DNA of 52,509 nucleotides from Parachlamydiales bacterium (GTDB lineage Bacteria; Chlamydiota; Chlamydiia; Chlamydiales; JAEYWL01): NCBI GenBank assembly GCA_020054065.1, contig JAGVLX010000019.1, positions 1 to 52,509 of the forward strand, read 5' to 3'. Shown piece by piece: positions 47,082 to 52,509 of this stretch (position 1 is its first letter; each line of letters starts with the position of its first letter). The notes under the pieces were generated by a model. It saw only the letters and a program-made list of their open reading frames with translations, ran no database searches and was not told where the DNA came from. The position numbers and the translations under genes were made by a program.

Positions 47082-48814
47082 AAAAGGGCGGCAAATTCGG
47101 CAATCGTGGGCCGGTTTTTGGGATTTAAATCGAAACATGCAAGCACCAAATCGACCTGTTCTTGCGAATACCTTCCCTCGCAATTTTGTCGAAACGTTTT
47201 AAAGTCGTCTTGAAAGATTGCAAGTGTGGGATCGAACTGACGGACATTCGCAGCAGCCAATGGCTCGGGTTTTCCAGCACATATTTTTTCCAGCAGCATG
47301 GGCCCGCCTTCAATCCCTTTTTCGGGATTTGGCGTATTCATCATCTGAAATAGAATCAATCCTAACGCCCACATGTCAGCACTTTGATGATATGCAACCC
47401 GTACCATCATATTGGTCGGATTGTTGTCCATTTCTTTCTCGATGGCGGCGGTTTGATTGTTCGTCATGCCCTCAGGAGGAATATAAGGAAGGGTGCCGAT
47501 TTTTTTAATACCAACATACTTTGCAGGATTGGATCGATCCGGAAGCAAGGCATTATGCGCACTATCTAGGGGGTCTACAACAGTTCCAAAGTCACTGATC
47601 CTAGGCATTCCTCGGAACAGTAAAATATTTTCCGGCTTTAGGTCGCGATGCGCCATGTTCAAGCGATGAATTTCGTTTACTCCGCCGATAATCGCTTTCA
47701 TCATCATCCCAGCTGTTTCATCATCCAAAGGCTTATCAGGAGGGATGACTTTGTGGGTATGCGGATCCACTGTAGCCAGTCGCTTCGTCAATCCTCCGCC
47801 ATCCGCAAACGGATAAACGATTTGATCGGTTTCTTTAACGGCTGAAGTTGAGCTATCTTTTTCCTTCTTTTCGGGAGTGACCGCTAATCTTCCTTTAGCG
47901 ATCGGTAAAAGCACGTTTCTTGCCCCCGCGGCTTTAAGTTTATCGACGGCATGGCTTTCATTATATTGATCAATTCGGTGTGCTTCGGTGTCTTGGAGCG
48001 GTTTTTTGGAGACAACAGTTTCTCCATACTCACTCAAATTACGTTTGGCTACGTTGAATCCGCCAGCCCCTAGCCGGGCTTCGTCTGCTTCCATCGAACG
48101 GTTTCCAAAACGTGTTTTGGATTGATATTCGACGATTTTTAACAGTTCATTATCACCGCTTTTAGCGATAAAGACCGAGCGGGAAAGAGTTCCCCCGCCA
48201 ATATTGACCGCATGCCGAGAGAGCTTCACCATTTGATTTGGCTTTAAACTCTTCACTTTTTCCTGAGCCCCTATATTCTTTTGATTGGATAAGTAGGTTT
48301 CGACATATTGAATGATGCGATGGCTAGAACCGCGTGGATGTTCTAACGCTGCCTCATACGCAGGAAAATCCACCCGTGCATCGACATCTTTTTTGAGAAT
48401 CACATCACGGTGCTTTTCTAATTCATCGGCCAGTTTTAAGCGTTCCTCTGCGTGGATTTCAGGTCTGCCGCTCGTGTGTTTAAATAGGTTGTCATGAATG
48501 ACGAAAAGCACAATCCGCGTGGCTAATTTAATTAATTTGCGATCTGATCGGGAAAGGTGCGCAATTTGTTCGGGTTGAAGCTCGCCAAAACGGAGTTGGT
48601 AGATAATGTTTGTGAGTAATTTAGCTTGATTCAAGCCAGTCATAACTTCGTGTTCAGAACCCTGGACGTCATAGATATCTTGCAGCCGGTCGGTGACAAC
48701 TTTGGTGACAGTCGCTCCCTTGGCAGGTTCAACCCTTACCGCCGGTTTGGTTTCGGTAATGTCAGTACTTAGATATTTACCTATACGCTCGTAATTATTA
48801 TTAGCTTTTTCCAT
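47078..48814 (-). CDS. eukaryote-like Ser/Thr protein kinase with long N-terminal domain
   Basis: LGAGGFN, HRDLKPENIL, DFG, GTLPYIPPE, DMWALG and PKNRPT motifs. Confidence 0.93.
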   Translation of the reverse strand: MEKANNNYERIGKYLSTDITETKPAVRVEPAKGATVTKVVTDRLQDIYDVQGSEHEVMTGLNQAKLLTNIIYQLRFGELQPEQIAHLSRSDRKLIKLATRIVLFVIHDNLFKHTSGRPEIHAEERLKLADELEKHRDVILKKDVDARVDFPAYEAALEHPRGSSHRIIQYVETYLSNQKNIGAQEKVKSLKPNQMVKLSRHAVNIGGGTLSRSVFIAKSGDNELLKIVEYQSKTRFGNRSMEADEARLGAGGFNVAKRNLSEYGETVVSKKPLQDTEAHRIDQYNESHAVDKLKAAGARNVLLPIAKGRLAVTPEKKEKDSSTSAVKETDQIVYPFADGGGLTKRLATVDPHTHKVIPPDKPLDDETAGMMMKAIIGGVNEIHRLNMAHRDLKPENILLFRGMPRISDFGTVVDPLDSAHNALLPDRSNPAKYVGIKKIGTLPYIPPEGMTNNQTAAIEKEMDNNPTNMMVRVAYHQSADMWALGLILFQMMNTPNPEKGIEGGPMLLEKICAGKPEPLAAANVRQFDPTLAIFQDDFKTFRQNCEGRYSQEQVDLVLACFDLNPKNRPTIAEFAALF

Positions 48815-48884
48815 AAATCACCTAATAATTATTATAACATATTTAATATTGTTAATATATTTATTGAATGAGTATGATAGATGT

Positions 48885-49772
48885 ATGGAAAGCTTATCCC
48901 CTCTCACACCTAGGCAAAAACCGCCTGAAAATCAGGCACCTAAGACTTTAGAAACCTTGCCACCCGAACTATTGGTCGAGATTTTTACCCATTTGCACTC
49001 CTTCTCAGACATGGTGAGCTGGGGTAAAGTATGCAAAAAATTCAGAAAGATCTTCTTGGAAGCACGCAATTGGGAGCATTCTGAGAGCTTTGAGAAACTG
49101 GTTCATGACTCTCAAAATGTGACCCTTAAGAATCAATTTTGGATCGTGCTTTCCTCCTTTGGGCATGGAAGCACCTTAAATTTTAGCCGTGAGTTGGCAA
49201 CGTTGTTTTTCAACGATGCCAATGATGATGTTTTGTTGAGTTGGATGAGTTCGGCAGGGAAACGCTATAAATCTTTTATCGACCTGTTGATTCCAGAAAA
49301 ATTAAATCGTAAAAGCATTAAAAGTTGGGCGCCATTTTCAAATGAACGTCAGTATGCTCCAGAGCAGATCATCCTTCCGCTTCGGATGTTGCAAAACCTT
49401 GATTTATCGGGGACGCAAGACTTAAATGATGAGGCATTAATCGGAATAGGAAATTTAAAAAGTTTAGAACGCCTTGTCATGGCTGCGCCCATTACGGAAA
49501 AAACGTTAGGGTTAATCTGTTCTTTGCCAGAATTAAAAGCATTGAGCTTGGATAATTGTTTTAAGATAAAGCCTGGGGAATTTAAAGCTCTTCAAGCCTT
49601 AAAAAAGCTTACTTCTTTTGTTCTTCAGCGTCATCGGACAGTAAAAAACGAAGACTTGCAATTTCTAAAAGAACTTTCCAGTTTAGAATCGGTGCAAATC
49701 GTCGGATGCAGAGGTATTTCATCCGAATTGAAAGAACAACTAGGCTCAAAAATCCGTGTGGACATTTCCTAA
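48885..49772 (+). CDS. F-box + LRR protein
   Basis: LETLPPELLVEIFTHL..VCKKFR F-box; C-terminal cysteine-type LRRs (LSLDNCFKI, IVGCRGIS). Confidence 0.9.
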   Translation: MESLSPLTPRQKPPENQAPKTLETLPPELLVEIFTHLHSFSDMVSWGKVCKKFRKIFLEARNWEHSESFEKLVHDSQNVTLKNQFWIVLSSFGHGSTLNFSRELATLFFNDANDDVLLSWMSSAGKRYKSFIDLLIPEKLNRKSIKSWAPFSNERQYAPEQIILPLRMLQNLDLSGTQDLNDEALIGIGNLKSLERLVMAAPITEKTLGLICSLPELKALSLDNCFKIKPGEFKALQALKKLTSFVLQRHRTVKNEDLQFLKELSSLESVQIVGCRGISSELKEQLGSKIRVDIS

Positions 49773-50500
49773 GCTGGTTTTCGAAAACCAAGAACAAAAG
49801 ATAACAAGCTGTAGTGTTGTTCGTTCCACAAAATATTCCAGCCAGTTGTGATGGACATCTCTAAGGCAATTGCCCATTGCGTCAAGTCACTCACTTTGGC
49901 TTTGTCACTGTAGGAATGGAGTTTGAGGATTGCTAAAGCAATTCTTGTGATGATCCATACACTTTTATAAGCTGTTTCAAGGGTAGCTGAAAGTGAAGCG
50001 ATGGCGCTAAAACCGCGCGTAAAAATCGTGCGTTGAGCCCATTTCCATGACCTTTCCCTGAATGAATAGCTTTTGGAGAGATCGATTTCTCCTTCCGTAA
50101 AACAGTGCTGCATTCTTTTGGTGAACGCTGTGGAGAATAGATGATTTAGCAAAAATTCTTGATCAAAGTAGAGATCTTTTGAATTTCGAGTGATTTGAAA
50201 TTTTGTTGAATCATGGGAGAGTACGTATGTTTCAGGATCGTGGAATGCAAAGGCGATCGCCCGGACAACACGATCTACGTTAATTTGAAAATTATTTATG
50301 TCTGTATATTTTAAAACGGTATGACAAGATAGATGGCAAATCGTCATACGCACACTGTACCAAATGGCACAGATGTTCATTTCGATGATTCCTACAGGAA
50401 TTGTTGCAATAAGATAGAAATGCTTCGCACTGAGAAGCGGAATATTTCGAGGAGATGTACATGCTCTGTTATAAAGAATCTCAGTTATCATATTTACCAA
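49769..50500 (-). CDS. hypothetical membrane-associated protein, paralogue of 224-952
   Basis: Shared xPVGIxE...W...HLS and TR motifs; similar length. Confidence 0.7.
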   Translation of the reverse strand: MVNMITEILYNRACTSPRNIPLLSAKHFYLIATIPVGIIEMNICAIWYSVRMTICHLSCHTVLKYTDINNFQINVDRVVRAIAFAFHDPETYVLSHDSTKFQITRNSKDLYFDQEFLLNHLFSTAFTKRMQHCFTEGEIDLSKSYSFRERSWKWAQRTIFTRGFSAIASLSATLETAYKSVWIITRIALAILKLHSYSDKAKVSDLTQWAIALEMSITTGWNILWNEQHYSLLSFVLGFRKPA

Positions 50501-50610
50501 ATTTTATTATATTAATAAATAGTAAATAATTATAAACGGTTATCTATAATAAGTCGACCTAATTTTAATTGTTTTTAGCTAAAATTGGAAAACTGTATAA
50601 ATATTATTTT

Positions 50611-52044
50611 ATGCTTAAAAACAATTTCTACGATGCGATTGTGATTGGATCAGGGCCAAATGGCCTTGCGGCTGCGATTCAATTCGCTCAATCGGGATTG
50701 TCGGTCGCTCTCTTCGAAGCGCGCGATACAGTTGGCGGCGGCATGCGGTCGGCTGAACTTACTTTGCCTGGATTTACCCACGACGTATGTTCGGCTATCC
50801 ATCCATTAGGAGTGGGTTCTCCCTTTTTTCGTTCACTGCCGCTTGATCAACATCAGCTTGAATGGATTCATCCATCAGCGCCGCTAGCCCACCCCTTTGA
50901 CGAGGGCTCGGCACTTTTGCTTGAGCGATCGGTTGAAGAGACAAGCAAAGCCTTAGGAGCAGATGCACAGGCTTATGTTCGGCTCATGGAGCCATTCACG
51001 ACTCAGTGGGACAAGCTTGCTGATGATGTATTAGCACCTTTGCATGTTCCAAAACATCCGTTGTTGATGGCCCGGTTTGGTTTGTTAGGGGTAAGGTCAG
51101 CAGTAGGGCTAGCTAAAAGCCGGTTTAAAGAAGGACGCACACGCGCCCTGTTTGCTGGACTTGCCGCGCATTCTCTGCTGCCGCTTGATCGAGCACTTAC
51201 TGCCGCTTTTGGATTGATTCTGGGTACACTGGGGCATGCGGTCGGATGGCCCCTGCCGCGCGGCGGATCGCAAAAAATTGCGGATGCACTAGCGGCGCAC
51301 TTTCGTTCGCTTGGCGGGGAGATATTCACTGAAATTTCAATAGAGCATCTGGATGCACTTCCGTCATCCAAAGTGATTCTTTGCGATACCTCGCCAAAGA
51401 CATTCCTGAAGATCGCCGGCGATCGGCTGCCTCCCGGATATAAACAAAAGCTTGAACGTTACCGGTATGGTCCGGGGGTATTTAAAATGGATTGGGCGCT
51501 TAGTTCTCCCATTCCCTGGAAAGCAAACGAGTGTTTGCAAGCAGGCACGGTGCATTTGGGCGGCAGCATGGAAGAAATCGCCTCTTCAGAGTGCCAAGTA
51601 GGTAAGGGGAGGCATCCAGATAAACCCTATCTCATTTTGGCTCAGCCGAGCTTATTCGATCCTTCGCGCGCGCCGGCAGGCAAACACACTGCCTGGGGGT
51701 ATTGTCATGTTCCAAATGGATCCGCATACAATATGACAGACCCTATTGAAGCGCAGATTGAACGGTTTGCTCCCGGATTTAAAGATTGCATCTTAGCGCG
51801 TCATTCGATGACAACGACTGATTTAGAATCTTATAATGCCAACTATGTCGGCGGAGATATTAACGGCGGGATGCAAGATATCTATCAGCTCTTCACCCGG
51901 CCAGCGGCACGCATCGTCCCTTATTCCACACCGGTCGAAGGTCTTTATCTTTGTTCAGCTTCAACACCTCCCGGCGGCGGCGTTCATGGCATGTGCGGTT
52001 ATCATGCTGCCCGCGCAGCCTTAAAGCAGTGTTTTTCGTCATAA
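50611..52044 (+). CDS. NAD(P)/FAD-dependent oxidoreductase, phytoene dehydrogenase-like
   Basis: GSGPNGLAAA, GGGMRS, HDVCSAIHP and STPPGGGVHGMCG motifs. Confidence 0.92.
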   Translation: MLKNNFYDAIVIGSGPNGLAAAIQFAQSGLSVALFEARDTVGGGMRSAELTLPGFTHDVCSAIHPLGVGSPFFRSLPLDQHQLEWIHPSAPLAHPFDEGSALLLERSVEETSKALGADAQAYVRLMEPFTTQWDKLADDVLAPLHVPKHPLLMARFGLLGVRSAVGLAKSRFKEGRTRALFAGLAAHSLLPLDRALTAAFGLILGTLGHAVGWPLPRGGSQKIADALAAHFRSLGGEIFTEISIEHLDALPSSKVILCDTSPKTFLKIAGDRLPPGYKQKLERYRYGPGVFKMDWALSSPIPWKANECLQAGTVHLGGSMEEIASSECQVGKGRHPDKPYLILAQPSLFDPSRAPAGKHTAWGYCHVPNGSAYNMTDPIEAQIERFAPGFKDCILARHSMTTTDLESYNANYVGGDINGGMQDIYQLFTRPAARIVPYSTPVEGLYLCSASTPPGGGVHGMCGYHAARAALKQCFSS

Positions 52045-52098
52045 CCAGGTCCTGTATGTCTTGTGTGTCCTGTTGAGACAATTGCAAAAAGAATGCTG

Positions 52099-52333
52099 TT
52101 TCGTATCCGTATTAATCTGTTATTCCGAATCTTCGTACGCGTGCCCGCGTGCGTGCCCGTGACCGATCCGAATCCGAAATGCACAAGGAGTTAGAGAAAA
52201 TGAGCGATAATTCGGAAAAGAAAATGAACTGAAGACGGAATGCGAAAAGGGTAGTCGGAAACGGATCGGTCACGAGCACGCACGCGGGTACGGGTACGAA
52301 GATTCGGGAAAGAACTAAAGACGGATGCGGAAA
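52099..52333. repeat. long GC-rich inverted repeat element between convergent genes
   Basis: ~55-bp arms at 52123-52177 and 52255-52310 with few mismatches; outer arms TTTCGTATCCGT / ACGGATGCGGAAA. Confidence 0.88.
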
Positions 52334-52376
52334 ATGACTTTTTGATTTATGCAATTACTCTGTTTGTCCTGGTCCG

Positions 52377-52509
52377 TTATCTAACCTCTTCGGGAATGTA
52401 CTCTTCTATCACAGGAAAATCTTTCAGCTCCTTTTCAATCGCTGCATTCAAGAAATTATGCACCCACAAATAGACATCATTCTTGCGTACAAGGCGCCTC
52501 ATCTTTCGC
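52377..52509 (-). CDS. otsA: 3' end of a probable trehalose-6-phosphate synthase (partial, runs off window)
   Basis: Hand translation RKMRRLVRKNDVYLWVHNFLNAAIEKELKDFPVIEEYIPEEVR* resembles the GT20 C-terminal helix pattern. Confidence 0.65.
   Translation of the reverse strand, partial: RKMRRLVRKNDVYLWVHNFLNAAIEKELKDFPVIEEYIPEEVR

Noticed and set aside
50611-52044. crtI / carotenoid pathway call
   Set aside because: The protein belongs to the broad phytoene-dehydrogenase-like family, and no crtB or crtE is nearby.

Overview
This AT-rich bacterial window looks like an environmental chlamydia (Parachlamydiales/Simkania/Rhabdochlamydia-like). That assignment is inferred from the F-box, LRR and Ser/Thr kinase ORFs, the large orphan helical ORFs and brnQ; it was not tested by a search. 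I found no rRNA, tRNA, CRISPR array or intact transposase. Main points: (1) A tandem triplet of ~1490-aa paralogues (18504-32173) has a conserved C-terminal domain that aligns by eye with the NEL (IpaH/SspH) E3-ligase core but reads C-G-A-R plus a conserved His instead of C-x-D. The first copy is split by a +1 frameshift at TCC-TAA. (2) Two leader-peptide attenuator candidates are absent from the ORF track: an Arg4 leader before argG, and a Val/Leu/Ile leader with terminator and antiterminator before brnQ. (3) A YheO-type regulator, aminotransferase, dehydratase and cyclodeaminase operon lies beside argG. (4) At least four families of short intergenic inverted repeats occur, one coinciding with a truncated gene. 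(5) There are strong local G/C strand-skew patches. Several starts were moved from the ORF track to better-supported ATGs. All homology calls come from motif recognition and memory, not database searches.
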